A stretch of DNA of 64,000 nt from Promethearchaeati archaeon SRVP18_Atabeyarchaeia-1 (GTDB lineage Archaea; Asgardarchaeota; Atabeyarchaeia; Atabeyarchaeales; Atabeyarchaeaceae), in contig CP147779.1 of assembly GCA_037308085.1 (NCBI GenBank), positions 480,001 through 544,000 on the forward strand, in the 5' to 3' direction. The first letter of the stretch is position 1, and every line of letters begins with the position of its first letter. Below, in pieces: positions 19,209-28,898 of the stretch. Under the pieces are notes generated by a model. It saw only the letters and a program-made list of their open reading frames with translations. It searched no databases and was not told the DNA's origin. The position numbers were made by a program, and so were the translations under genes.

Positions 19209-20390
19209 CTATGTGAGATAGAGTTGCACAACATCCTTGTCCCGTAGAACGTGACCCGCCCCCACAAATTCCATGTCAAACTTGGCCGAGGGACCCATGA
19301 CCTTTGCGTACTTGAATTGTTCTTGGAACACCTTGGGAAGTCTTCTCGCCAGATCAGCGACTGTCGCTTCCTTTTTCAGCACGATGGGCTTCTCCGATGG
19401 TTTTTTCCTCGGCTCCTTAGTGTAGACCCTTATGACATCTAGAACCTTGAATACCTCACTCTTCAGCTCTTCTTTTCCTCGGTCCTTCTCAGCCGAGACA
19501 GCAACCAGAGGAAATCTGTGGTGGTACTTCTCCTCTAATGCTCTGTAATTCTCGGAGGATCCCGCAGAATCACCCTTTGTGCCTATCACAATTGTCTTCC
19601 TATAGGTCATTCTTGCGTCAATTGCCTCAAGGATTTCATTCTTTGTAGTCGGCTGATATAGCTGCACCTTGACGTTGTGCGAATACTTGGACAATATTTC
19701 CTTCAGCTCATCAACATCATCCTTATAAAGTGGGACCCCAAAGATCTGGACGCCGCCACTACCAGTTTTCTCCAAACCAATTCTTGGAGGCTGCTCATTC
19801 AGACGTAACGATGCATTACCAAGTTCTTTCAGTACAGAATCCATCTGCAGAACCGCGTCTCGGGAGAGATCTATGACCACGGCTACGGCATCAGAGTTTC
19901 TGATAGCTCCGATTATCTGTGGACCTAAGCCCTTGCCAGATGCCATATCATCGTATATCGCCGGCAACTCGACTAACTGAATAAGTATATCCTCATAGTC
20001 CATCATCCCCGGCACAGGAATTCTAGTGTTGAAAGAGTGGGGAGACACCTCCGGCTTGGCATGCGTAAGCCAGCGCAAAACCGATGAGCGACCAGTGGTT
20101 GTCAAGCCTACAAGCACAATCTGTCCCGCACCCTCTTTCTTTATGTGAAATGGGCTTGCCGCCGCCGACCCCTTCCTCATCGAGCGGCGCTTCTCAGCCT
20201 CACCCTCAAGCTTTGAGAGCTTTGACCTCAGCTGTCTTAGCAGCCTCTCCGTTCCCTTGTGCCTGGGGACCAAGGAGATGTACTCCTTGAGAGAAGATAT
20301 CTTCTCGCCAGGCGTCTGCGCTTCCATATATCTTCTTCTGGCAGCTAAGCACTGAGGCGACAGATTCGTTGGAATAGGCTTATACCCCAC
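19209..20390 (-). CDS. DRG/OBG-family GTP-binding protein with TGS domain (degenerate G motifs; real start possibly ATT at 20375)
   Basis: PTNL N-terminus, PRHKGTE, KKEGAGQ, PVPGM, IRVYTK, C-terminal TGS. Confidence 0.88.
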   Translation of the reverse strand: MGYKPIPTNLSPQCLAARRRYMEAQTPGEKISSLKEYISLVPRHKGTERLLRQLRSKLSKLEGEAEKRRSMRKGSAAASPFHIKKEGAGQIVLVGLTTTGRSSVLRWLTHAKPEVSPHSFNTRIPVPGMMDYEDILIQLVELPAIYDDMASGKGLGPQIIGAIRNSDAVAVVIDLSRDAVLQMDSVLKELGNASLRLNEQPPRIGLEKTGSGGVQIFGVPLYKDDVDELKEILSKYSHNVKVQLYQPTTKNEILEAIDARMTYRKTIVIGTKGDSAGSSENYRALEEKYHHRFPLVAVSAEKDRGKEELKSEVFKVLDVIRVYTKEPRKKPSEKPIVLKKEATVADLARRLPKVFQEQFKYAKVMGPSAKFDMEFVGAGHVLRDKDVVQLYLT

Positions 20391-20625
20391 GGCCCTTAGT
20401 ACTTGCAGCCTCCCTCCGAATACTGAGAAAGACTTTCACTGGGCGCCCGAGAGCCCGAATTGAGCCCTGTTCTCTCTGCGGCTTCGGCGAGTCTGCAATC
20501 CCAAGACTAAGAGAGCGAGATACACATTAAAAAACCATACTGCCCACCCAGATTAAGACTGCGAAGAAATGGGTGGAGGCATGTCGCAGACAAGGCCAGT
20601 TCTTCTCGACTCGAGTGCCAGCCTT

Positions 20626-21039
20626 TCACCCGCTCAAATGGGCAAAAACGACTGCAATCCACGTGGAGTTCTCCCACGCAATATGTACTCTATAAAAGCC
20701 TGCAGCGTAATTGAAACACACATCCACGTTTACAGGATACTCTCTATAGATCGTGCTTGTTATAGAACTTGAGCTGAAGTAATATGAGACTACATTCATC
20801 GAAGATTTTACGGTCACGGTGCTCGGAACGTAGATGTCTTTCTGAAATGCGTTCTGCCCGCTGTCATTCACCACCTTGTTTACACCATTGTCAATTGAAT
20901 CTATCAAATCCTTAAACTGGGAATAGGCGTACTGGTCATGGACTTGAGTTATCCCTCCTTCGATCAGTGGCATACAAATCATCGAGGCAAGTAAAAGACC
21001 CACAAAAGTCAACATTACCTTCTCCAGACTGAGTTCCAA
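20626..21039 (-). CDS. Hypothetical protein with N-terminal TM helix (pilin-like architecture)
   Basis: SLE followed by a hydrophobic helix and a beta-rich C-terminus. Confidence 0.55.
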   Translation of the reverse strand: MELSLEKVMLTFVGLLLASMICMPLIEGGITQVHDQYAYSQFKDLIDSIDNGVNKVVNDSGQNAFQKDIYVPSTVTVKSSMNVVSYYFSSSSITSTIYREYPVNVDVCFNYAAGFYRVHIAWENSTWIAVVFAHLSG

Positions 21040-21270
21040 AGTGCCTTAACTCCTAGGTCGCTAGATTCTGAAGTCTCTACACTCGAATCCCAAACGAGGA
21101 TATTTAAACGGCCGCGAAAGATTTCGCGTAGCTCAGGCGAGAACCCGTAGAAGATGACAGGAACTCCAAGTCGCGCCACCGTCGACGCGCGGAGCGGAGC
21201 CTGCAATTCTGCAAAAGGCTTAAAAGTGTGTAGATTCATTTTTCATCTCCACAGCGGAGGAAGAAATCGT

Positions 21271-21465
21271 TTGCCAGAGAAAGACCTGATACCGAATCCG
21301 CGTTCTCGATTCCTTAGAGTGAAGTGCCTGGACTGTGGAAATGAGCAGATAGTATTCGGCTCATGTTCAACTCCCGCCAAGTGCGAGGTATGCAACAGAC
21401 CGATAGTACAGCTGACGGGCGGAAAATCGAAGATTCTGGCGAAAATAATAGAGGTCCTGACCTAA
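21271..21465 (+). CDS. rps27e: Ribosomal protein eS27
   Basis: [20 protein letters not shown]...C..C....TGGK; GGAGG RBS before TTG. Confidence 0.95.
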   Translation: MPEKDLIPNPRSRFLRVKCLDCGNEQIVFGSCSTPAKCEVCNRPIVQLTGGKSKILAKIIEVLT

Positions 21466-21519
21466 GTGCTGGGATCCTCACAAGCGCGGAGCGTTCAGAC
21501 CGATGGAGAGTCTTAGACT

Positions 21520-21798
21520 ATGAAGGCCCCAAGCGTTATGCGAGTCAACTGCCCACGGTGTAAGACACACACAGAGCATTCAGTGACCCTCTACAAAAAG
21601 GGGCGCGAAAGGGTCCTGTCCCAAGGGAGAAGAAGATACAACAGGAAACTGAGGGGATACGGTTCACAGCCTAAGCCTGAGCAGAAGAAATTCGCCAAAA
21701 CAACCAAGAAAATGACAATGGTACTTAAATGCAAGAAATGCGGGTATACCCTCATGCGCAAGGGTATCAGGCTCAAGAAACTGGAAATAGGAACTTAG
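21520..21798 (+). CDS. rpl44e: Ribosomal protein eL42 (L44e)
   Basis: CPRCKTHTEH, GRRRY.RK..GYGSQPKP, AKTTKK, CKKCG. Confidence 0.96.
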   Translation: MKAPSVMRVNCPRCKTHTEHSVTLYKKGRERVLSQGRRRYNRKLRGYGSQPKPEQKKFAKTTKKMTMVLKCKKCGYTLMRKGIRLKKLEIGT

Positions 21799-21855
21799 GG
21801 CGGCCTCAGAGGTCTGACAGGCGGTCGACCAGTCGACTTGGCTTCGGTTGGTTAC

Positions 21856-22446
21856 TCATCTTTCCGTTGTCTTCTGCGAGGACTTCTCGAGAGTCCACCT
21901 TATCGTCGTCGAAATCTGTTTCTGCCTATTGTCTTCTCTGTAATTCGAAATGGTGATTTGCCTGAGTGTCCCATCACTGTTTTTGGCAATCTGATACGAC
22001 ATTTTCTCTTTGGCGCTTATTTTCCCACTCTTGATTAGTTCGTCGTCTTTCTCAATCATGTTGTTCAATATCTTCTTTATGAAGAAGGAGCTAAACGTTC
22101 CAGAATCCGCTGGGATCTTAACGTTCTCTGCGGGGACTATCGTGATTAAGGAACCACTGGTGGTCATCTCACCGAGTTTCATCCCGTCAGCACGTGACGT
22201 CAGTTCGATTCTTCCTCCTTCGGTCACTTCCTTCGCCGCCTTGATTTCTGGTCCTTGCTCTTCAGCCTTAGCCTTACTCTCCTTCAGCAAGTCAGCGGCT
22301 ACCTTGAAGCTTGTTCGTGTCAACACGCTGTCGATTGCTTGTATGTAACCCCTGTAAAGAGCCACCTTCTCCTCGAGATCCTTCAGTCGCCTTTCCAAGT
22401 AGCTCTTCAAGCCTGCCAAGTGTTCAACATCAATTTCCTTGTTCAA
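21856..22446 (-). CDS. Conserved archaeal hypothetical protein with N-terminal coiled coil
   Basis: GGAGG RBS; IDSVL..TSFKVAA, FSSFFIKKIL, TIRWTLEK. Confidence 0.7.
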   Translation of the reverse strand: MNKEIDVEHLAGLKSYLERRLKDLEEKVALYRGYIQAIDSVLTRTSFKVAADLLKESKAKAEEQGPEIKAAKEVTEGGRIELTSRADGMKLGEMTTSGSLITIVPAENVKIPADSGTFSSFFIKKILNNMIEKDDELIKSGKISAKEKMSYQIAKNSDGTLRQITISNYREDNRQKQISTTIRWTLEKSSQKTTER

Positions 22447-22597
22447 GGGCTCAAGCCTCCAACGAGTAAGCAGTATCAGGATTTAACTTATAAGTATCCC
22501 GAAGCATTTAAGCAGAGTCCGATCTATCTACGATATTGCCCGAATGGTTTTGCGATTCGGTTTTTGAATTCACAGCGTGTATTTCAGATGATGAAAG

Positions 22598-23389
22598 ATG
22601 GTAAGAAAAAGAGAGGAATGGCCGGAGATTGGTGAATGCGTGATTGCCACGGTCCGGGAAATAGCACCCCATGGTGTATATGCGCTACTCGACGAATACG
22701 GTGACAAAGAAGGCTACATACACATAGGCGAGCTCTCGACTACATGGGTCAAGAACATTAGAGACTTCGCAAGAGAGAATCAGAAGATAGTCGCGAGGGT
22801 TCAGAGAGTTGATCAATCAAAGGGACACATTGACCTCTCACTGAAAAGGGCAACCGAGCAGGCACGACGCCAGAAGATCTACGAATGGAAGAGGGGGCAG
22901 AAGGCTCAGAACCTGCTGCAGATGGCGGCCGAGAAGCTTGGGAAAACGATGGACCAGGCTTACGAGGAGGCAGGCTGGAAGATGGAGGATGCGTTCAATG
23001 AGATCTACCTAGGATTCGAGCAGGCGGTTGAGAGAGGCGAAGATGTACTGACAAAGGCGGGGGTGCCAGAGGATTGGGCCAAGGCCATAAAGCAGTGCGC
23101 AGATGCTTACATACAATTGCACAAAGTCAAGGTGGAACGCCTCTTAGAATTGAGGTGCTACAAATCGGATGGAATAGAGGCTATAAGGCAGTCCTTGTTG
23201 AAGGCAATTAAGGAAACCAGCTCGAGTGATTTCGAAGTCAATGTTGCTCTCATAGGAACTCCGCGGTACAGAATAACAGTGACAGCTAAGGACTACAAGA
23301 TTGCTGAGAAGGAGATTGACAAGACCGTCGCAGTGGCACTTGACGAGCTAAGAGCCAACGGTGGAGAAGGAGCAGTCGTGAAAAGCTAG
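22598..23389 (+). CDS. eif2a: Translation initiation factor aIF-2 alpha
   Basis: S1 domain WPEIGE...KGHIDLSLKR, GTPRYRI. Confidence 0.96.
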   Translation: MVRKREEWPEIGECVIATVREIAPHGVYALLDEYGDKEGYIHIGELSTTWVKNIRDFARENQKIVARVQRVDQSKGHIDLSLKRATEQARRQKIYEWKRGQKAQNLLQMAAEKLGKTMDQAYEEAGWKMEDAFNEIYLGFEQAVERGEDVLTKAGVPEDWAKAIKQCADAYIQLHKVKVERLLELRCYKSDGIEAIRQSLLKAIKETSSSDFEVNVALIGTPRYRITVTAKDYKIAEKEIDKTVAVALDELRANGGEGAVVKS

Positions 23390-23415
23390 GCCCCCGTGTG
23401 GAGATGCGGCTTCGC

Positions 23416-23628
23416 ATGCCAAAACTACTAAGAAAGTGTGCCCAATGTGGGAGATACACTCTTAAGAAAGATGCCTGCCCCTATTGCGGCGGCAAGCTGA
23501 CAATGCCCTATCCACCCAAATTCTCGCCTGTGGACAAGTACGGAGAATACCGCAGAAAATACAAAATGGAAGAAGCAACAGAGTCATCTAAGAAAGAACA
23601 CGCTGAATCGCTAGAGCAACAAACTTGA
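23416..23628 (+). CDS. nop10: H/ACA RNP protein Nop10
   Basis: RKC..CGRYTLK..CP.CGG, PPKFSPVDKYGEYRR. Confidence 0.94.
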   Translation: MPKLLRKCAQCGRYTLKKDACPYCGGKLTMPYPPKFSPVDKYGEYRRKYKMEEATESSKKEHAESLEQQT

Positions 23629-23710
23629 GTATTGACAGTGATGTAGATCATTCTGGTCGCACAAAATAAATAAAGGATCAAGCAAAGCTAGAGGCCGAAC
23701 CCGATCAGCC

Positions 23711-24127
23711 CTACTTCTTTTCGCTTGACTCCTTGACAAGCTTTGCGTAGGCCTTAGAGTTGAGTAGTTTGGCTTTGTCTGCACCTACATCGGAGGACTT
23801 GATCTTTATGATCCACCCTTCTCCATAGGGATCCTCGTTGACCTTTTCTGGGGAATTCTCTAGCTCGCTGTTGATCTCTTCCACCACTCCAGACATTGGC
23901 GCGTAGAGTTCAGATACCGCCTTGACCGATTCTATAGAACCAAACTCTGATCCCTGAGTCACTTGAGTTCCTTGCTTCGGTAGTTCAACGTACACTATGT
24001 CCCTCAAAGACTTCTGCGCGTAGTCTGTGATCCCCACTGTTACGAGATCCTCTTCGATCTTGGCATATTCATGATCCTTGGTATACATCAACTCATCCGG
24101 AATATTGTAATCGCCAACCTTGACCAA
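23711..24127 (-). CDS. gcvH: Glycine cleavage system H protein
   Basis: VGITDYAQ, IESVKAVSEL lipoyl site, NEDPYGEGW. Confidence 0.96.
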   Translation of the reverse strand: MVKVGDYNIPDELMYTKDHEYAKIEEDLVTVGITDYAQKSLRDIVYVELPKQGTQVTQGSEFGSIESVKAVSELYAPMSGVVEEINSELENSPEKVNEDPYGEGWIIKIKSSDVGADKAKLLNSKAYAKLVKESSEKK

Positions 24128-24319
24128 GAGAAATACACTCCATAATTTCTAGATCGGAAAATATTGTGCTGAAATTTCACGTGTGCCAATAAACGCGGAG
24201 TGGGTATATAAGTCTAGCCATTTCATGCATCTAAGCCGAGAGTAGTTGACTCACGTTCAGTAGCCAGCTCTTCTCGAACGGATTCCCATGCTCGGGATTT
24301 CAGTCCTTCTAGGCTCATT

Positions 24320-25657
24320 TCATGAGAACCCGCCAGAATCCGCCGTGCAACCTTCTCGAAGCTTGCTCTTAATGAGCCCCGCTATCTCCTCTATCTTCAT
24401 CTCCCACTCCTCTCTCTTCTCCATTGATCTCAGCTTGAGGACGCCCCTGCCTAATTCAGCTGGACCCACTATGACTACATATGGTATTCCAAGGGAGTCA
24501 GCATATTTCAACTGCCTCGCGATCTTCCTCTCCCCAATAAGGTCTGTCCTTACATGCAATCCTGACCTTCTGAGCTCCTGGGCTATTTTCAGAGCCTGTA
24601 GACTGGTCTTGTCGTCTACTGCGGAGACAAGGACCATTGTCTTGGTTCTTGGAAGTGAAACCATCTTGAGTTCTTTCATCACATCGATGATTCTCTCAAG
24701 CCCGAAAGATATCCCCGTAGCCTCGACACTGACCCCGCCCAGGCTTCCAATCAGATCGTCGTATCTTCCTCCCCCCGATAAACTACCGATCTTGGGCTCC
24801 GTCACGACTATTTCGTAGATCGGGCCGGTATAGTAGTCCAATCCCCTCGACAGACCAAGATCAACGGCGTAGGTCTTCTCGTCAACGCCCAGGTCAGCCA
24901 AGATGCCTATGAGTTCCCTTAGTTCCTCTACCCCCTCTGCTCCTGATGCATAGCCTCTCACGTTCTCTGCCACAGAGTCTAACACCTGAGATGGGTTGCC
25001 CTCGATCCTTACTAGTTCAAGGATTTTCTGGATCGAGTCGCTCGGGAATCCGCTTTCCTTCATGTTCCGCGCGAAACCTTCCACGCCTATTTTGTCAGCT
25101 TTGTCCAAATTCCGCAAGACTTCGATTCTTCTGTTTTCATTGATACCCGCGAAGTCGCACATGGCGTCGAGTATCTTCCTGTTGTTTATCCTGATCCTAA
25201 AGTCTTTGAACCCTAATGTGCTGAAGACATCGACTGCCAGCATGATGAGCTCGGCATCAGCCAACATGCTCTTTGAGCCAACGATATCGACGTCACATTG
25301 CCAAAACTCCCTATACCTTCCCTTCTGAGGGTTGTCATACCTCCAGACCCTTGAGATCTGGTACCTCTTGAAGGGTTTAGGCAGATGGGGATTCGATGCC
25401 ATAACCCTGGAAAGAGGTACAGTCAAATCATATCTTAACGCCAGATCCCTTCCACCCCGGTCCTTGAATTCATAGATCAGCCTCTCCTCTTCGCCATATT
25501 TGCCCTTTAGCACCTCACCAAACTCAATCACGGGGGTCTCCATCGGGTCATACCCATATTCCTCAAAAACCCTTCTTATTGCCCCTATCACGTACTCCCT
25601 CACAATCATTTCTTCTGGCAAGAAGTCCCTCGTCCCTATAGGAGTCCTCAGCGCCAT
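24320..25657 (-). CDS. hisS: Histidine-tRNA ligase
   Basis: GTRDF, LRYDLTVP, GRYREFWQCD, RGLDYYTG, GGGRYD. Confidence 0.97.
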   Translation of the reverse strand: MALRTPIGTRDFLPEEMIVREYVIGAIRRVFEEYGYDPMETPVIEFGEVLKGKYGEEERLIYEFKDRGGRDLALRYDLTVPLSRVMASNPHLPKPFKRYQISRVWRYDNPQKGRYREFWQCDVDIVGSKSMLADAELIMLAVDVFSTLGFKDFRIRINNRKILDAMCDFAGINENRRIEVLRNLDKADKIGVEGFARNMKESGFPSDSIQKILELVRIEGNPSQVLDSVAENVRGYASGAEGVEELRELIGILADLGVDEKTYAVDLGLSRGLDYYTGPIYEIVVTEPKIGSLSGGGRYDDLIGSLGGVSVEATGISFGLERIIDVMKELKMVSLPRTKTMVLVSAVDDKTSLQALKIAQELRRSGLHVRTDLIGERKIARQLKYADSLGIPYVVIVGPAELGRGVLKLRSMEKREEWEMKIEEIAGLIKSKLREGCTADSGGFS

Positions 25658-25916
25658 TTTCTTCTTCCTTTCTCCAGCATTGTTGTCTTTCAAGGAAAAA
25701 ACCCCACTTATCGCCACTTCGATCACGCGGCGAAGTGTCAGGAAAACCAGGGATCTGAGAAGCAGAGGCTCTCATTAATTTGAAACGAACGGTTTCTAAC
25801 ACAACTAAGATAAGTGTTTCCTCCCTTCTAAAACCTATGGGGAAAGTTGCTTCAAAGCCCTATCTGACTGTCCACCGACAGTCGCTAAGGCTAATGCCCC
25901 GTGAGGTAAAACACCA

Positions 25917-27614
25917 ATGACGAAGAAATTTGTTGTGGACACGTCTGCCGTTATTAGCGGAATGCTCTCAAGCATGATCAGCAGCGGAGGATTGGACAAG
26001 GATTCTAATGAACCACCTGAAATCCTTGTCCCGAAAACCGTCCTCGCAGATATTGAGCATCAATCAAACATGGGAAGAGCCTCTGGCCCAGTGGGTCTCG
26101 GTGAATTAAAGAAGCTACGAGAACTATCAGACCAAGGGCGGATTAGCCTGCAATTAGTGGGAGAAAGACCAACCCTTGAACAAATCAGGGCGAGCGGAGG
26201 TGGAGAGTTGGATGAAGCCGTTCGAAACCAAGCTCGACTCAGCAATGCAACGCTTATTACAAGTGACACAGTTCAAGCCTCGATGGCTCAAGTGGAAGGG
26301 ATGCCAACCCGCTACATGGAGCCTACATGTGCCGCAAGGCTCGCAATCGAGAATTACTTTTCCTCCGACACCATGTCAGTCCACCTAAAGGAGAACGCTG
26401 CACCTCTCGCAAAAAGGGGGAGACCAGGCAACTGGAAACTGGTCAAGGTCTCTGAAGAGGTGATGACGAAAGACAAGCTCGAAGCAATAGCCCTCGAGAC
26501 CATCGACAGAGCCAGGTCAGCCCCTAACTGCTTCGTGGAAATAGATGAACCCGGCGCAACGGTAATCCAGGCAGGTGAATACCGGATTGCCATAGCGAGA
26601 CCGCCATTCTCAGATGGGCTTGAGATCACCGCTGTCCACCCTCTGCTCAAAGTCAGCTTCGACGATTATGCACTCCCAGAGCAGCTCAAACAAAGGCTGG
26701 AAAAGCGGGCTGAGGGTGTTTTGGTGGCAGGACCACCAGGCGCCGGAAAAACCACCTTCGCAAGCGCGCTCGCAGAGTTCTACTGGAAAAAGGGGAAGAT
26801 AGTCAAGACGATCGAGAAACCAAGAGATCTGCAAGTACCAGACGAGGTTACGCAGTACACCGCACTAGACGGCAAAATAGAGAAGACCGCAAACCTCCTC
26901 CTTCTAGTCAGACCCGACTACTGCATCTATGACGAGCTGAGAAACGAAGAGGACTTCAAGATCTATGTGGATCTAAGACTCGCAGGAGTAGGAATGGTTG
27001 GCGTCGTCCACTCATCCAGTGCTATAGACGCGATACAAAGGATCCTCAATAGAGTAAGCCTGGGTCAGCTCTGCCAAGTAGTCGACACGGCCATATTCAT
27101 AAAAGACGGCGGAATCAACAAAGTCTACAGCACACAAATCAAGGTACGCGTCCCTTCAGGCATGAGGGAGGCCGACCTAGCAAGGCCAGTAGTTGAAATA
27201 AAGGATTTCCTTACAAATTCAATAGAGTACGAGATCTACACCTTCAGCGACCAAGTAATAGTCGTACCAATCAAGCCAAAGGAGCCAAATAGACCCCCCG
27301 AAAGGAGACCCGTACAGAAAGCCTTCGACCGCAGAAGAGTCGCTGACCACAGATTCGGCCGAGACGAAATGATAGCAGGCGTAGCAGAAGGTTACAGGAT
27401 CCCCACCCAAGTCCGGTTCTCCAACAACCGGATCACTATTACTGTTGAGCCAGTCTTCTCCAACAAGAACCTGAAGATCTATGCAGACGACAGGCTCCTC
27501 TTCTCAAGTGAGACCGATAGTCAAGGATCCATAAGCATCAGAAAAGACGTACCTACTGGCGAGAAGCTTCTAAAAGCGCTAAGGGAGAACGCCAACATAT
27601 ACGCCATGCTTTGA
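25917..27614 (+). CDS. PIN-domain ATPase (PINA)
   Basis: VVDTS PIN domain, GPPGAGKTT Walker A, YDELR, VPSGM.EADLARP. Confidence 0.92.
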   Translation: MTKKFVVDTSAVISGMLSSMISSGGLDKDSNEPPEILVPKTVLADIEHQSNMGRASGPVGLGELKKLRELSDQGRISLQLVGERPTLEQIRASGGGELDEAVRNQARLSNATLITSDTVQASMAQVEGMPTRYMEPTCAARLAIENYFSSDTMSVHLKENAAPLAKRGRPGNWKLVKVSEEVMTKDKLEAIALETIDRARSAPNCFVEIDEPGATVIQAGEYRIAIARPPFSDGLEITAVHPLLKVSFDDYALPEQLKQRLEKRAEGVLVAGPPGAGKTTFASALAEFYWKKGKIVKTIEKPRDLQVPDEVTQYTALDGKIEKTANLLLLVRPDYCIYDELRNEEDFKIYVDLRLAGVGMVGVVHSSSAIDAIQRILNRVSLGQLCQVVDTAIFIKDGGINKVYSTQIKVRVPSGMREADLARPVVEIKDFLTNSIEYEIYTFSDQVIVVPIKPKEPNRPPERRPVQKAFDRRRVADHRFGRDEMIAGVAEGYRIPTQVRFSNNRITITVEPVFSNKNLKIYADDRLLFSSETDSQGSISIRKDVPTGEKLLKALRENANIYAML

Positions 27615-27699
27615 AAAAGGAACCTCAGCCATGGACGATAAAGTTAAAATCCATTGACCGACCCTTCTGGCATCAGCAACTGCACACACCAGCACCGCA

Positions 27700-27804
27700 G
27701 GGCCCGTGGCCTAGTCAGGATAGGGCGCCAGCCTCCTAACTCATTTCTCCCCGCAAACCGGAGAGAGCTGGTGGTCGAGGGTTCAATTCCCTCCGGGCCC
27801 GCCA
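27700..27804 (+). tRNA. tRNA-Arg(CCT) with canonical 37/38 intron (27739-27765)
   Basis: GGGCCCG/CGGGCCC+GCCA; CCAGC/GCTGG stem; BHB helix CTCC/GGAG. Confidence 0.93.
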
Positions 27805-27846
27805 CAACCACATATCAAGCCCTCACATGCGCTTTTCTTATGTAAC

Positions 27847-28371
27847 ATGTCTCCTTCTCACTCCGCCACCCCGAATATCTCACACCGCAAAGGATTCTAC
27901 AAGATCCACATGGACAAACGCCAGAAAGAAATCTACGGCAGAAAACTAAAAGGAACAAACTACATGTTGCACTTGGGTCCAGAGCTGTTCAACAAAATGA
28001 TGAGGAACCACACGAATAGCATGCAAAGGAAACGATGGGTCCCTTGTGAAAGAGAAGAGAGGATACGGAGAGCGAAAGAAGCTTGCACACTCGAGGAAGC
28101 TCGAAAAAGGACCAGATTACAGTACGAATGGAGGACGCTGACAAAGGAAGGGTTAGAAGAAGAGGTTCGGCAAATGCCGCTAAAGGAGATCGCAGGCAAA
28201 TACAACGTGTCACAAACCCCCACCGTGGCGAGGAAATGCAGGAAACTCGGAATTCCGATACCAGAACGCGGTTACTGGACGAAGGTCTACTGGTCAAGAG
28301 TCAAATCGTTGGAAAGGAATAAGATAGAAAAAGGCGTCCAGCGAGAAAGTGAAACGAACTATCGTAATTGA
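27847..28371 (+). CDS. HTH-like hypothetical protein (IPxPxRGYW motif), start uncertain
   Basis: PLKEIAGKYNVS..TVARKCRKLGIPIPERGYWTK; lies between two convergent tRNAs. Confidence 0.55.
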   Translation: MSPSHSATPNISHRKGFYKIHMDKRQKEIYGRKLKGTNYMLHLGPELFNKMMRNHTNSMQRKRWVPCEREERIRRAKEACTLEEARKRTRLQYEWRTLTKEGLEEEVRQMPLKEIAGKYNVSQTPTVARKCRKLGIPIPERGYWTKVYWSRVKSLERNKIEKGVQRESETNYRN

Positions 28372-28404
28372 TAACGAGCGATGAAATAGATTACAGAAAA
28401 GGAG

Positions 28405-28574
28405 CGCCCTGGGCGGGACTACCGGGGATCATCGCGTGTTGTTCTTGGTTTTTGGGTGATTCCACTCGAACCCGCGTCCTAGGTTTTGTCCCTCTGCGTT
28501 GGGTGTGACAGACCTAGATGTTAACCGCCTCGTGGCCGTCTCACGGTGTGTGAGGAGGCTTGCACCACCAGGGC
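28405..28574 (-). tRNA. tRNA-Asp(GTC) with three introns (D arm, 38/39, T loop)
   Basis: GCCCTGG/CCAGGGC; TAGGT-CTGTCAC-ACCTA after splicing (BHB helix TGTC/GACA); GCGGG-TTCGAGT-CCCGC. Confidence 0.88.
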
Positions 28575-28898
28575 ACCCTGCTTGCTGCTAGTACTACGTT
28601 TGTATGTCTTTTATTCTTTTTGAGGGTTGTTGCTCCTTGTCGGGGTGACATGCTTACCGGAACGAGTATTCTTGGAACGGAGGTCATCAAGCAGTCAGCG
28701 AACTTCGAGTCCAGGCTTCAGACTGGCTCAGGCAAGATCATGCATCTTCAAGAGTCGGTAGGAAAAGGGTTTGGCAAACAGGAACGGCTCTTTCTGGAAA
28801 AGCGTGACGGTCACGTATCGACAAATGGAAGACATAGAACACGCCAAAATATATTTCTTGGATGCGCTCCTATTGTCTATGAGTTGGAGCGGACGCAG

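Noticed and set aside
28560-28898. 113-aa N-terminal extension of the 3-hydroxyacyl-CoA dehydrogenase
   Set aside because: It overlaps tRNA-Asp and its promoter; homology starts at ATG 28899.
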